A DNA stretch of 64,000 bases, taken from positions 682,001-746,000 of the forward strand of contig JAYWIR010000048.1 of NCBI GenBank assembly GCA_036172245.1. The letters are read 5' to 3'. Both the position numbers and the translations under genes were made by a program. Position 1 is the first letter of the stretch; each line of letters starts with the position of its first letter. The notes under the pieces are model-generated. The model worked only from the letters and a program-made list of their open reading frames with translations, was not told the origin of the DNA and did not search any database. The stretch comes from Raillietiella orientalis. Lineage: Eukaryota. Shown piece by piece: positions 1 to 12,879 of this stretch.

Positions 1-984
1 GTTGTTCGTGATCTCATTCAGTGCGGCGTTATTCGTTTATCGGCACGCACAAAGGAACACAAGGAGGACGACAGCACGGCAGAAACCACGGCAGCCATCA
101 CCCCCAAATACCGAATCTCTGAAGATTCCCTCTTTCCGTGAAGACGAATCTCAGGTGAAATTGGGTGCTGGGAGGTGTTTTCAGGACAGCTAGACGGCTG
201 CGCCGCCCTCTCCTTTGCACACGATTTTCTTCAAGACGAAGGCGGATGATATTTCTTCTTCTTCAAGCTCGCTGCAGACTCGCGCATGGCGCTTACCTGC
301 AAAGCAGTCGCGAGCTTCTTCTTCGTTCACTGTACAAAGCCTCGCGCTTGTGTCCCTCTCCTGAAATGATTCAAGAGGACCGTTTGTCCCCGAGCATTCC
401 CAGTGCCGCGGTCATGGAACATGGGAGCAAAACCCAGCGAGCATCCAAGAATATCATCTAAAAAGAAAAAGGCATTCCGATGTTTCTGTCGTTCCTTCGA
501 GTCCGTAGCTTCTTTCGCAGAACGGCTGAGTCTTTAAAGAGGAAGACGAGGGAGTCGAGTGCACACGGGAAAAGAAAAATCCTCAGGCAGCCGTTGAAAC
601 TGTGCTCCAAGAAGCCGGGAGTAATTCTTCCATCAGTTATGTGTTTACTGAGCTGCGCAGTCAATAGGATTGGTAGGCTCATATGAGCTCGGCTTCTCGA
701 CGATTGAAGGACGAAAAAGACTCACGCAGAGAGATCGAAACAGCTTTCTGCATGCGAAAGATGGGAGGGACTCAGAGGACCAAACGTAATCTGAAAATTA
801 AACTGAAGAATCCATTCGAAGAGGCCATGGAGCACGAAAAATTGTCAGCTTCAAAATCGATTAATGAATTCCGTGTAAGGATATTTCAGCCAGCATATGA
901 GGATGTCAAGGATTTGGAAGCATTTTCAAGTGAGATTTTGAAAATCCCGCGCGACTGAAAGTCAAATGAGCAGCCAAACGTGTC

Positions 985-1750
985 AAGGGGGTGCAGCAAA
1001 CGGAACGAAATTCGTCTGCCCGATTACCATCAGGTCCACGGACTTTTGAAATTCCTGCGCCGTTTCCAGGCTGAGCCTCCATTACAGGATTTCATTGGCG
1101 AGATCCGACGCGGATGGAGCAGGGACCACGGCGTCTGGGAGAGGAAGCATCTCCAGTAGCCGGTCGGTTGGTCCCTCTGCGCAGCGTCTCAGTAAGTTCG
1201 CCTCCGACCAGGAAACGCATCGAGTGCCTCGGAGGACGGAGGGGGTGTCGCGAAATTCAAAGTGGAGTGGCCTTGACCACGCGGTCCGTCCGCTCATGCC
1301 GAATGAGAAAGTGCGGGTCCTCCCTCCCGCCTCCTTCCTGCAACGGTCTCCAGCTCGTCACCAGCGATCGCGGGAAACCCGATCATGTAGATGAGGGCCT
1401 CTTTTCAATTAAGGTCGCTTGTTGGCGTCTGCGAGCCGCCGCCACCCCTTTGCCTGGACCGCGGTCCTCTAGGGAGCCAAATACTCCCAGCGATTATTCA
1501 TGGAGAGGGAAACATGGACCTCGTCGAGTTTCCAGATCGTAGGTCAAGAGTCGTCTGCAGATGAATTTCGCTGCTGCTGGAGTTCGACCTATCCCGAGTG
1601 AGGACCTCAGCAGGCCACAGAGCTCGCAGACTGTGCCGGAAGGCTTCTCGAAATTCCAGCTTGGTAGCGTGGGAAGTCCAGGACGCTCCGAAAGAGGGAA
1701 GAAGGCAGAGTGGGAGTGCGCTCTCAGTTTGCTTTTGTTTGCTCTCACTC
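985..1750 (-). mobile_element. Decayed L1/Tx1-like ORF2 fragment (end of APE endonuclease, linker, start of RT)
   Basis: Minus strand gives 'HSHSAFFPL..PGLPTLPSWNF' (resembles SDH...WKFN at the endonuclease end). Near 1050-1010, across a frameshift, it gives K-S-P-G-P-D-G-N-R-A-D-E-F, the KSPGPDG motif that precedes non-LTR RT. Confidence 0.45.
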
Positions 1751-2629
1751 TAGAATGAAGTGTGCATCTTTTGCAACCTTCGAGATCTACGATGAAGCGT
1801 AGATTTTTTGTCCCCCTTATTCGGTTCCTGGAACATGCCCGAAGTCAGAGTTTCTTCTTCCTCTTTTTTTTTTCATCACCTTTGGACGAGTTCTCTGTTA
1901 AGGATTCTCAGACGGACTCTCGGAAAGTGATGTTGGAGATGCTCGAACCTTCAGGATAGAGAGGCGCATTTTATCGCTCGTGTGGATGCAAGCAGGGTGA
2001 AGTTTTCTTGTTTTTGTTAATGAGCAGAGTCATGTCGTGGCTGAATGACTCCGACTTTCTTCAATCGCAGCGTTCGCACAAACAAGGTAGCCCTACTCTG
2101 CCGTCAGCGAGCAGAGCTTTTCAGTTGAATGGATTGCCGAGCACGAATGCGAGCTTGTGGTTCGTGATGGGAACTTCCGGAAGTTCAGCATCGATCCTTG
2201 CGTAGGAGGTGGAGATGAAAGAATGATGTTCGAAGTTGGACAGTGACAACACTTTCGTGGTTCCAGTTATCTTTGGCAACTTCCTTTCGGCTACTTGCTG
2301 AATTATCTCCAAATAGGTTGGTCGATTGAACAGCAGAGATGATATGCAGATGGGAAAAAAAGAACCAGCAGGAGAGTTTTTCAAAGCCTCTTTATCAGAG
2401 CAGTTCTTGTATCCCAGTTCTGAGGAATGCCAAATGGCTGGGAATACGGAGGAATCGGCTCGTGGATGCCTCCGTAGGATTCAGCAGAGGAATTCGAGAG
2501 AGGACGGCATGAAGACAGGCAGAAAACAGAACAAGACGCGATAAGGAAATGCAGCACGAAGCTGGAGAAACAGACTCACACCAGTTGCCGTGCACGCAGC
2601 AGGAATGGGCATCCCCAAACGGGAAGAAC

Positions 2630-3475
2630 TGCCCGCGTCGGAGGCTTTGTGGTTGAGGCTTCCGCACGTGGCACCGTGCGTCGCGGGTTCGAATACTCCA
2701 GCAGAAACTCTGACGCCACTGCGTCGTCGGGTTCCGAGTTCCTCCTGCAATGGCGCTGAGACATTCGGACGTGGCAACGGTGGTGGTTTAAGCCGGAGGC
2801 CCCCGATGAAGGCGGACGAAATGGAAGTCTACCTTCAGGTCCTTCCAGGAATCAACGAGTAGGGAGTTCCCCCTTCTGTCGTGCAACGGAGAGCGGACCC
2901 CCCTCACCGGGGGACCCCTCCGGTTTCGATATGGAGCAGGAACCCTCACGGGCACCTCTCCAGTTGTTCAAAGGAGCGGACCTTCTCTGCTGAGGGGGGA
3001 GACCCTCCGAGTCGCCACCTCTCCAGAAGAGTGCAAGGAGCAAGAGAGAGCGATCCCCCTGCGGGAAGCTGCAGCGCCCCTTCTGAGTTTCGGAAGAGTC
3101 CCTTCGGGGTTCTCTTTAGAGAAGTGAACAGGAATGGTTCCCTTGCGGGTTCCCTCCGAAGAAGAAATTCCTACTAGCGGATCCCCTCGGGAAAGATGAA
3201 ATGGAGAGGACCACTCCGGGGGTTCTCCGAAGAGAATGAAGAAGGAGATTCCCTTTTGGGTTCCCCTTCGGAGACAACCAGAGTGCGATACCCCTCCCCA
3301 AATGTGAGAGGAACGGACTCCGAGCCTTCCTGGATTCATGGGGTGGACCCCCTTCCGGGGTGCCCTCCCTATCTTGAAGAATAGCACGCACCCTCTGCGG
3401 TGGCGTGGAACAGTGTTAAAGAGCCACGTGCGCCACGAGGCGTGCGACCTTCTCTTGAGGCGAACCGAAAAAAAG
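2630..3475 (+). mobile_element. Long tRNA-derived SINE-like element, copy 1
   Basis: B-box-like GGTTCGAATAC at 2686-2696; body with GGAATCAA..CCCTTCGGGGTT sub-repeats; shared 3' block 'ccttcctggattcatggggt...ggtggcgtggaacagtgttaaagagc'; followed by an A-rich tract to ~3600. Aligns by eye with the other copies. Confidence 0.7.
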
Positions 3476-3689
3476 AACCTGAAAAACAATGCTGGAAAGG
3501 AAAAAAAACAGCGAAGAGAGAAAAGAACTGAAAGAAAACGGGAAAATGGAATGAAAAAAAAGGTAAAAGAAATAAAACAAAAAGTACAGCATGCAAAAAA
3601 TATTTATCTCAATTTTGGATTTTGTGGCGAATTATTTGCATTCCCTTGAGGAGGTGGTGTTTAAAAATCCAAAACAGCACTGGATTGAG

Positions 3690-4740
3690 ATTGTTCCTGG
3701 ATGCCGTTTCATCTGAAGATGCAACCAGAGAGTTTGACGACCTCGATGAGATGGGATGTTTTTGCATAATGCGAGAGGAATGGATGCAAAGAACTTGCAA
3801 TTTCTGGAGTACAAATCCAACCATAAATTTTTCGCCCCGGCTGGGGAGCAGGCTGAAACATGATACTGCTTGGAGAAGTCCAGAATCCCATCACAGAGGG
3901 GCCTTGTCGAGAAATCCTGGAGGGGCCTGGATTTCCAAATCTTCACGCGATGATTTCTGCAGGGATGCTCCTCCAGCACGCGCGCGGTGTGCGAAGTCGG
4001 AGTGTCAGTCAATTTATTGATTAATAAAACAAGGGAGTTGTTCTACGAGGTGGTCAATTTCCCTGTCGGCTCATGACACGTGCTCGTGTCCCACCCGCGA
4101 AAAACTCTACGCAGGAAACTCCATTGGGCACGAAAGGATGCCATCCCTGAATTAACAAAGCACTCTCCGTAGTCACGGGAAACCGAGAAGGATCGCGGAT
4201 ACAGGTTTGAAACTTCGGTGATGAGCTTTTGCTGCAGCAGCCCCCGCCTGGCCGGCGGAACCGCACTGGGAGCTGAGTTCTGCCACGGCTCGCAAGGTTT
4301 GGTCCCTCTTGCCGCTGAAATTTCGCTGCAAGGGACTCGTGGGCGGAAGGAGGCTCCCACGCACAGAAAGAGTTTGGCGCCATCGGACGGTGCCGCGGGA
4401 TGCCGACGATGCCTGGATGCTGCTTTTTTGGTGAGGTACCTCGGAGCTGACGAGGGACTGCCATCGCCGCCGCAAGACATTCTTCTTTCTCATGTTCCTT
4501 GGAACGCGCCAAAAGCTGGCGCTTACTGAAAAGTGGGCTCGCAAAGAGGAATGCGCGGCATCTGCGCTGGTCGAAGCAGCGGTGCTCCTCAGCAACGTCC
4601 TCTCCTTCGGTTCGGTCCCGATAGCCGTAAAACCCCGCCTGCCCGACCACCGCAGTCACGGGAGACCGCGTTGAAAGCACGCGGCCCCATTCGTACACTG
4701 GCCGCTCCTCCTTATCGGAGCCTTCCAGGCCCCCCCCCCC
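3690..4740 (+). mobile_element. Highly decayed Tx1/L1-like RT remnant
   Basis: 'DAVSSEDATREFDDLD' resembles LSLDxEKAFDRVD; 'LVRYLG'; 'KLALTEKW...AAVLLSNVLS' resembles the RT thumb. Motifs are in the expected order but lie in different frames. Confidence 0.3.
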
Positions 4741-5767
4741 CCCCGATAAAAAAGGCGATCATTCTTCTCCTAGAGGAAACTCTCCACATCCCGTGAAGAA
4801 AACGCGTGTACCTGTTCGACATTCCCTCTTCGAGAGCGTCAGATAATGGGAAAATTTCCCCCGTATCCCACTTTTGTGCTCGCGTCGCTCCGAGCTTGAA
4901 AACCGAAAACCGAAATTCGCTCCCAACTTCAATATGCAATTCATCTCAGTCCCTCCTGCGAGAACACGGGACAATTCGTGTTTCGTTGTGCTCCCTCCCT
5001 TATCTGCAGAGCTCAGCTCCCACCGCTTATCTTCTTGCTGCGCCTTCCGATATGCTCTTCAGGTTGTTCGCAGGAAGATGAACTTTTCACAGGCTAATTG
5101 CATTCCGCGAAGTGCACTCATCTCCGAGAAGTTTCCAGAAAAGGGGTCTCACCTCCCCCGGTCGTGTTCATTTTGGTCACGTGGCAAGCAGCCCTCGGTG
5201 GCGCACGGGCGGATCTCACGCTCGGATTCTTATTTTTTGTTTCCCCCCTCCCCCTCGGTTTTCGCAGTGGGCGAAGACGGAGCACGAAAGAGTTGCCTTC
5301 AGGAAACCGCGGATGAAACCAACAGCGCTTGCCTGCACCACTCTGCAAAGACAAAAAAAAAAGGAGGATTTTTTCGGGGCCCGCTGGCTCCGAAATCACC
5401 GATCAGTTTCGAACTTACCTGCAGCGATCTCTGACCCACCCTCTTTTATACCCTCGCCGGAGAACAGGTCATGCTGACCAGAATCCTAATTGGGCTTCAC
5501 GTGGAATTCCGCGAGTTCATGTGGTCGACGTGCTTCCTGACCTTATTCTTAGAATTTGAGAGAATGGAAGCAGCTCACAGCGCTTGCCCGTGTGATGAAA
5601 ACTCCAATTACTGCTCCACACTGAAGATACTCAGTGATCCTAATATGAAAGTGAGAAAGGAGTGAAGGTGGACTTCCCTTAGAATGCGAGAAGCGGTGTA
5701 TTTGGGGGAAACACGAAACATCCCGCGATCGGGGTGAAAAGTCTTTTGTCACCATACTTTGGGGAAA

Positions 5768-7265
5768 TGGCCCACGTTGGCGGCCCTTGGATGCGCGGTT
5801 ATCTTAGCACCAGGTGGTTGCGGGTTCGAATCTCTCCCGGGGAAGGATGGGCGCTGACGGATGCATGTGTCATGAGTTCTCATTCCCTTCCGCAGGACGA
5901 CGCTAGCTGGCCTTTGGGACTTCGGGTTCGACACTGGTCGACATCCGGTGGAGCGGGACGTTTATTTATAAAAAAATAAACGTACACGTCTGTGACAGGA
6001 CGTTTGATCTTGCCACGTTACTTATAAAAACCAGAACGAACTGGCACTCAGGTCAGCGGGGTTCGTCTCAGCAACACAGGGGAAGGGAGACAAATAAAAA
6101 GGAAAAAAGAAAACAAAAAGCAAGACAGTCAAAAAATGGGGAAGGGGGGCTTCGGAAATGGATGACTCTGTGCTGGAGGGTGTCCTCTGCATCCTTGTAA
6201 GCCGGCAAGTTGCTGTTTCAAGACTTCCAGATGGGGCCATCTGGACGCTGCCCTCATGAAGAAGACAGCAAAATAGATGGTGTCTCTGCCTTCTAGACTC
6301 CTCTGGAGTTGCTCCATGCGGCCCGGTCCCGCAGCTTGAGCAGCGCGGTGTTGCTAAGGATGCGGCCGATGTGAAGGCACCCCGCTGGAAGAGGCGCTTC
6401 AGAATGTCTTTGGCGTTGCCGCTGGAAGTTCTAAGGGTAACCGAAAAGCGTCCTCAAAGCAGCCGGAGAGCAACACAGTCCACTAGGAGGTGCAGGAGGA
6501 ATTCCTGCTCCCTGCACCTTGCACAGCTTGGGTTCACCCTCCTCTGCGTGTCCGATGGTGCCGGCGGGCGTTGCACGGGAGGCCTCAATTCAGCAGCATC
6601 AATGCCCACCCCTGCCACTTCAAAGGGTGTTCATAAGCGCCGGAGGCTGCTCCAATTCTTTTTCCGGAATACCGGCACTGGTGAAAGCTGGAAACCCTCG
6701 GATGCCACCGATGACTGGCCGGGATCGGAACCTGACCTTCCGGGATTCTTCCAGGAATCAAGGAGTCCCTTGGGTTCTCCTGCAGTTGTGAAGATGAAGC
6801 CGTCCACCTTCTTGGGGGGAACCTTCCATCGCGCTCCATGGCTCTGTTTGATACTCCCCTCGGGAAGATGCCTCTCCAGAGTGTCAGAAGCGCACTGCTT
6901 TCCTTGAGGAGCGGCATTCAGAGAAATCGGGAATTCGGAGTTCTCTCCAGGAGAGGAAAGAGAGTGAATTCTTTCTGGGGATCCCTTCAAAGAAGAAATG
7001 GGGACTAACCCCCTCCAGGGGACCCCCCAGAGAAAATAAGGAAGAAGTTCCCTCCGGGAGGAGCTAGGATAGGACAACCAGGGCTAGGGATTCCTTTAGG
7101 GTTTTTCTATCAAGAGTAAGAGGAAAGGAGTCCTTCCTCCAGAACCTTCCTGAGTTCATGGGGTGGTTGCCCCCTAGCTAAAAACGTAGCACGCACCCTA
7201 GGGTGGCGTGAGTGGTGTTGAAGAGCTCCTCTCTAAAGAGGTTAACGGTTCTTCAAAACTTGACG
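5768..7265 (+). mobile_element. Long tRNA-derived SINE-like element, copy 2, split by a Tx1-like insertion (SINE parts 5768-5938 and 6673-7265)
   Basis: Head 'tggcccacgttggcggcc...gcgggttcgaatctctcccggggaagg'. The sequence breaks after CACTGGT (5938) and resumes at CGGCACTGGTGAAAGCTGG (6673), then continues through the shared body and 3' block. Confidence 0.7.
5939..6672 (-). mobile_element. 5'-truncated Tx1-like LINE 3' end with ~10-bp TSD
   Basis: Minus strand has CCHC-region remnants, 'AIYFAVFFMRAASRWPHLEVLKQQLAG', a T-rich 3' UTR, AATAAA and a terminal hairpin. Flanks are cgacactggt (5929-5938) and cggcactggt (6673-6682). Confidence 0.75.
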
Positions 7266-7329
7266 GAAGGAACGCAGGTTCTAAGAGTTTACCAAGGGGC
7301 AAAGAGGACGTGAACAAACGCATTTCGAT

Positions 7330-9010
7330 CTGAACTATGTGGACCACGGTGCAAAGATCAAACAATGAGTGCGTGGGTCAAGGATTTCAACCGATGTAAT
7401 GAGCGCACCTGGCTCATGGCATGCACTGCCGATTGAACCGAAGCGGAGATCAGGCAGGATCCACGGTTGCGGTGTGCACTCAAAGAGACGTACCAAACCA
7501 CGATCTCCCGCAGAATAAGATGTGCAATCTCTAAGTTCCCATAAAGTGCAAAGTCGGATTATCTTGCTGGGATGTCTGAACAAAATCAAGACGAGACGCA
7601 GCTCTCTCAGAAGGGTGCTCGTTCCCTTGGAAACCGTCGCTCGCCGCAGCAAGAAGTCCCCCCCCTGCCCCGTCTGGAAGCGAAGATGATTTCCTGGTAA
7701 GTTAACGTCATCTGCGAGAAGCAGAGGCAGAAGTTCTCAGGTCCCTTTGATTTCAGTATCGCAGGGCAAGCGGGCTATGCGCGACCAATTCCAGCAAGAA
7801 AAAAAAAAAGGGAAAGGGGACCAGTCACCTATTGGTACGTGGGAATGAATCCTTATGCGAAATATCCAAATCCTGAAAGCGCGTTAGCAGTTTGTTTAAC
7901 TCCAGATGAAGGTCTGAGAAGGAGGAGGAAGAGGGAAAGAAGGAAAAGGAAACTGATGGGAGTCTGAAATTGGAAATCATAAGGGGGAAACTAAATAGGA
8001 TTTGGAATCCCTTCGGGATCCCATGTGGAGTTGCGTGGGCAACCGCCCGCTTCAAAACCGAATGCTGACTACGCACAGTGAGTAGGTGGTCGGGAGGGTG
8101 AAAAAAATGTAATGGAATGGAATGGCAGCACCACAGCAAAATAACCAAAGCACACAATGAGATGAAATTTCGTAATCACCTCAAGATTAGTTCATAATAT
8201 CCGTTGTTTCAAATAGTAAACACTTCAGCCTATATATAAAGTTGCTGCTGAACCAGCCATAACATTCTTCTTCATTTGGAGACTCGTGAACGTACCACCC
8301 AGTACCACTTCGGCGCAACGAGTAATGGGTATTTACGACGGTACACGCGCTCTCCGCGTGTACAGGTTGCAAGTAAATGAATCTATTCAAGTCCTTTTTT
8401 TCGAACGCAGCAGGTGTCAAAGACAGAGCAAAAAGAAAGACCTCGTGCGCTTCTTGCGCTGGAAACGATATAAAGTAGCCCACTGTTGCATCTGCATCCT
8501 GCGACAGCAGGAATTTTGTCAAACCGAGGGATCGTGCAAGAAAAAGGCTCCATTCGAAAGGGAGACGACAGCAATTTGAATTCTGGCACCTCTCTGGTTT
8601 GCTCCACACTTTTCTCTCCAGTTGATGTGGAACTTCGAAACAGCTGCGAGCGAAATCATCCGCTCCGTGCGTCTCGTGTTTTGAAGAGCCTTCTTTTAAA
8701 TAGGCTCGTCGAATGGAGTGATTACATTGAACGGAGCGGCCGAGGTCTTTTGGTCTCCATGGCACATTCATCTTCTTGTTCTGTCCTTACGAGTTTATCG
8801 TGTGATTTCCAGCAGTTCCCCTCCGTCCTCATCCACATCGTTTGGTGCTCGTTCTTCCAGGGCTGGGAGATTCCTTCACCTCGGATCGATGTCCCAACTC
8901 ATCGGTTCACTATGTACCGAAGGGCCATTGCTAGGGATTTCGGATTTTAGGAGGAAGCCACAAGGGGCAGAGATACATTCTCATTTTGTAGAGGCACAGC
9001 GCGAAACTTT
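7330..9010 (+). mobile_element. Decayed DIRS-like retrotransposon remnant (RNase H and tyrosine recombinase traces)
   Basis: 'RIILLGCLNKIKTRRS' resembles DNxxxxAYLNKQGGTRS. 'RLEA..FPGKL/NVI' near 7675-7715 resembles LxARFIPGKLNVIAD. 'TTSAQRV' resembles LASAKRV and 'IHSH' resembles HSxR. The order fits DIRS, but there are many frameshifts. Confidence 0.4.
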
Positions 9011-9278
9011 CCAGTCTTACCCCACCTCTTCGTTTCCGGCATCCCTAGAGAGCCACTTATTAGGAGTCTCACGGTCAAAAGAATGTCCACAGTCGACGGG
9101 GAAGCAGAGAGTTCTTCGTGTTGGGAAAGTGTCTTTTCTCTCTTTATTACCTCTGGATGCATCCGATGCCCTCTCGTTCGTCTCCGCTTGCACGGCACGA
9201 CACCCGGAGGGAGAGTCCACCTTGAGGACTGACTGACTGAGGAAGCCGCTGCTCTTTCCTTGACACCTTCGATTGGAT

Positions 9279-10190
9279 TGACACCTGGTCACACCGAGGC
9301 ATTTATTTATTAAAAATAAAACTCAGACTTCAGTGGCAAGATGTGTGACCCTGCCACATTAAAAAATGTACAGAAAGAACCATCCGGAAACCGCCGCGTA
9401 GGCCGGCGAGGTTCACAACGGCAGCACAGGGGAAGGGGAGACAAACAAAAAGAAAAATAAAACAAAAACCATACACTCGAAGAAAATGGGAAATGGGAAA
9501 ATCATGAAAGGATTACTGTGTTTTGGAGGGTTCCCTCTGCATCCTTGTAAGGATGACGGCAATGTTTCAAGACTCCCAGATGGGTCCATCCTGACTCTGC
9601 CCTCATGAAGAGGGCAGCAGAAGGGCGTCCCCGTCGTTCTGGCTTCCTCTGGCGTTGCTCCACGCTACCACGGTCCCGTCGCGTAGGCGGCAGAGTGCTG
9701 CTAGGGACGCGACTGTTGTTAGGGAGTGGCTTTGGGGTTGACCTCGGGGATCCGCAGGGACACGGAGTTCCCACATGGGGCGGAGAGCAACACACTTCAT
9801 GAGCAGGTGCAGGGGAAACTCATTCCAGCCGCACCTGCCACAGTTTGGGATTGCACTCCCCCGGATCCAATGGTGTCGGCAGGCGTTGCACAGGAGTCCC
9901 CAGTGCAACAGCGGATAGCCGACTGCTGCCACTTCAGGGGGAGAGTAGCACTGTTCCAACATGCTAGGGGCCACTTCACCTCCTCCAGAAGAATTCCTAG
10001 CAGCTCTCCCCAGAGTCGCAGTTCTTTTGGTGGGGCACTCGGGGTCTCCCAGCTCCCGAGTTGTCCATGCACCCAAATGTTTTTTCCCGCCCCCTATCAC
10101 GCAGGTCACTTCCCACCTCGCTGGCAGTTGACTGTCCATTGCTCCTCTTAGGGAGGGCAGCACTGGCGCAAGAAGGGTGAAAGGCTCACA
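9279..10190 (-). mobile_element. Tx1-like LINE 3' fragment
   Basis: 'EVKWPLACWNSATLPLKWQQ', 'LHWGLL..HWIRGSAIPNCGRCGWNEFPLHLLMKC' (CCHC), T-rich UTR, AATAAA plus terminal hairpin. Homologous to 46100-46889. Confidence 0.85.
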
Positions 10191-10258
10191 ACAGATTCCT
10201 GGTGTTCCCCACGATCTCCCTCAGTGGCCGTCGAGAGTATCTGCTGGCTGATGTACTC

Positions 10259-10319
10259 GGCACACTGCTTTACCGATGGAAGGTGGGAGAGGCAGAGTAC
10301 ATCGGTAAAGCAGTGTGCC
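10259..10319. repeat. Perfect 20-bp inverted repeat with 21-nt spacer
   Basis: ggcacactgctttaccgatg (10259-10278) is the exact reverse complement of catcggtaaagcagtgtgcc (10300-10319). Confidence 0.95.
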
Positions 10320-10699
10320 ATGTCTCAGAACGCACCAGAGTGCCGCCAGCGGCCATTTAACACAGGAGTCAGCGTCCCAACCGAACGCTGCACTACATCC
10401 ACAATCTGAAATAGATTTCTTTAGTGGAATGACATGAAAAGAGAATCCTCTTCCGTCGGCATCCTTCCAACAAAAAGAGTGAGCACACTGAAATTTGCAA
10501 TGGCCATTTCATTCAGGAATTTTTTTTATTTATCTCCTGATACTGATCATTCTTCCAACCCAGACTGAGAGTCAGCACTCCTTGACCTCTCTCTAGCATC
10601 TGTTACATCTCCTATAAAAGTGCTACCTCTCAACACTGTTCCTCTCTTAAGATCAGGCATCTCAGTTATGTAATGGCATCATTTACAATTTTTTTTTTG

Positions 10700-11010
10700 G
10701 CCCTTGCACTCACTTGCTTACTCCTTGCTATTTATCATAAAATACTTTCTACTTGAAATCCGATTCCATCTTTGGTCGCACACTCTGTATCGCTACGTGA
10801 TTCCACGGCTTTCTTGTGACGGTAGGTGTCAACTGCCTTCGTTCTCTCTCATCACCACAGGTTCTTTCATTCTCTCGTACTCGCATGCATCACCTCTATT
10901 TCGAGGTTCCTTTGGGGTACTGACATTCCATTGTACGGCCATTCTTCTTGCTGGTCTCATATCTGTGAGTACACTTTTTTGTTATACAGTACAAGTGGCT
11001 CTCAGTTATT
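10700..11010 (+). pseudogene. Possible gustatory-receptor-like C-terminal remnant
   Basis: Hydrophobic ORF ending 'PLFRGSFGVLT..AILLAGLISVST', with 'FFVIQY' in an adjacent frame, loosely resembling the GR TM7 motif TYhhhhhQF. Weak. Confidence 0.22.
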
Positions 11011-11734
11011 AAAAACAAAAAAAAAGTAGTTCTGTCACTGCGACACGGCAGATTATCACTTAAAGAAAAAAATCTTGAGATTCGAGTGGAGCTTGTCACT
11101 GTTAGTATACACGCAATCCTCCCAACAACGCAATAGTATTAACGTCACTTTTCTATTCGCTGTCAATTCTACTACTATCGTGGGGGCTTGACGAGCGGGC
11201 GAAGCCCCACGTGAGCTCGCTCGCACCCATTCACGGAACTCTTTCTCGTGTGGTAGATAGGTGGTTGGTTGGCCGTTAGCAACGTAGTCATGCAGCAGCG
11301 CAAGAAACAAACATCATGAGATCAAGGGAAACCGGAAATTGATTGAGCGGATGGTTATGGAATCGAAGGGCCTTCCTAGATGTGGGAAAATTGCATCCAC
11401 AAATGGATGTAGAGCACAAAATCAACAGCCATGCACGAAGAATATGTGATCGACATTTCCACATGTTCCATCCTTGAACAAGCATAAGTGAGAATGATGG
11501 TTCTCCTCTGTGCAGTCTTTTCTGGTGGTATGGTGGGTTTTTCTAATCCACTTTTCGTGTGAACCCGATGCCCATACGAAACGACTGCTCCGTTGGGCGA
11601 AATACTTGGATGTTCCTCCGTCGGAGGCTGCGCTCTTGACAGCTCCGTGCTCCCTCTCAGATGGCAGAACGGAAAGGTTGCTGTCAGCTGGAGAACTCCC
11701 TTCACTTCCTCAACCGGTCGTGGATGCTGACCTC

Positions 11735-12385
11735 CATTGATGGCCAAGGGTTTCGACGCGGGTTCAAGAGTTGCAGCTTCGAATCCCAGACGGGGAAGGG
11801 TCGATGCCCAGAAATGAGCGCGTCGTGGGTTTTGAATCCCTCCTCTGCAGGACTACGCTGGCTGGACTGTAGGCTTCGGATGAAAAGTTGAAACCGGATA
11901 CCCCTATTGTAAGTCGACCTCGGGGTCCTTCCAGGAATCAAGGAAACGATTCTCTTCAGCTGTGAAAATGGGACCGTACCATGGAGCTGGTTGATGATCC
12001 CTTCCGAGGAGCTTTCTTTTCCAAGGTGTCAAGGAGTCCTCAGCTCTGCAGAGAAATTGGGAATTGTCCCTTAGGGGTTTCCTTCAGAGGGGGAAAGCAA
12101 GGAGCTATTCCCTTGAGGGCTTCCTCCGGAAAAAATTCCAGGAGCGGATCCCTTTGAAGATAAGGAGTGACTTCCTCCGGGGATCCCTCTGGAGACAACA
12201 AGGAAGCAGTTCACTTCAGGTTCCCTGTGGAGACAACTGAAGTTTAAGAGGACTGCTTCCTTCTGAACCCTTCTAGCTTCACAGCGTGGTCAATCTGGGA
12301 TTGCTCCTAGCTTGAAGAGCGACTACATGCACTCTCGGATGAAGTGGACATTACAGAGCCCCATGAGGAGCTTCTTCAGCACTTG
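11735..12385 (+). mobile_element. Long tRNA-derived SINE-like element, copy 3
   Basis: 'gcttcgaatcccagacggggaagg', 'gcgtcgtgggt', 'ttccaggaatcaagga', palindromic body, 3' 'ttcttcagcactt'. The CACTGGT site is deleted in this copy. Confidence 0.7.
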
Positions 12386-12879
12386 GCTGCTGGCTCAGGG
12401 TCAATGACACGGCTGGTGTTCCCTTTGCACGTCACGAGAGTTCACCTTCCTTTCCGATGTGCAACACCAGACAGCCTGGAATTCCCTCAACGCCGCGACG
12501 TTGCCGGCTTCCTGCGATGAGCGTCTGTTACGAGACTGGAACTCCCTTGCACGAATAATGGGCAGCACTTCCCGGTATCCGCTACCCATTTGCTACCCTC
12601 TTCCCTCAATGTGGTCAGAGACCTCCCAAAGAGGCAACTGAAGTCCCATATGACCAGTCTTCCCCTCTCTTTGTAGCACCAAGTCTGGGCTAAACGGGAA
12701 GCCGGTACAGCTATGACTGGCTGCTGGCCGCGAGCTCCCACTGGTCCAGCGCGGCTCTCCCGTGCGCACCACCATGTCCCCATGCCCAATCAGACTGCAA
12801 ACGGGTCCCTAATGCAGTGATTAAAGATCTTGTGGATCTCCTAAGAATTCTCGCGGAAGACATGAACATCCACTCTATG

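Noticed and set aside
150..960. Short plus-strand ORFs such as 683-958
   Set aside because: No recognisable domain, splice structure or repeat match; cannot be supported.
3090..3280. CRISPR-like repeat-spacer array
   Set aside because: Units are degenerate and irregularly spaced, the intervening sequences are shared between dispersed copies, and no cas genes are present.
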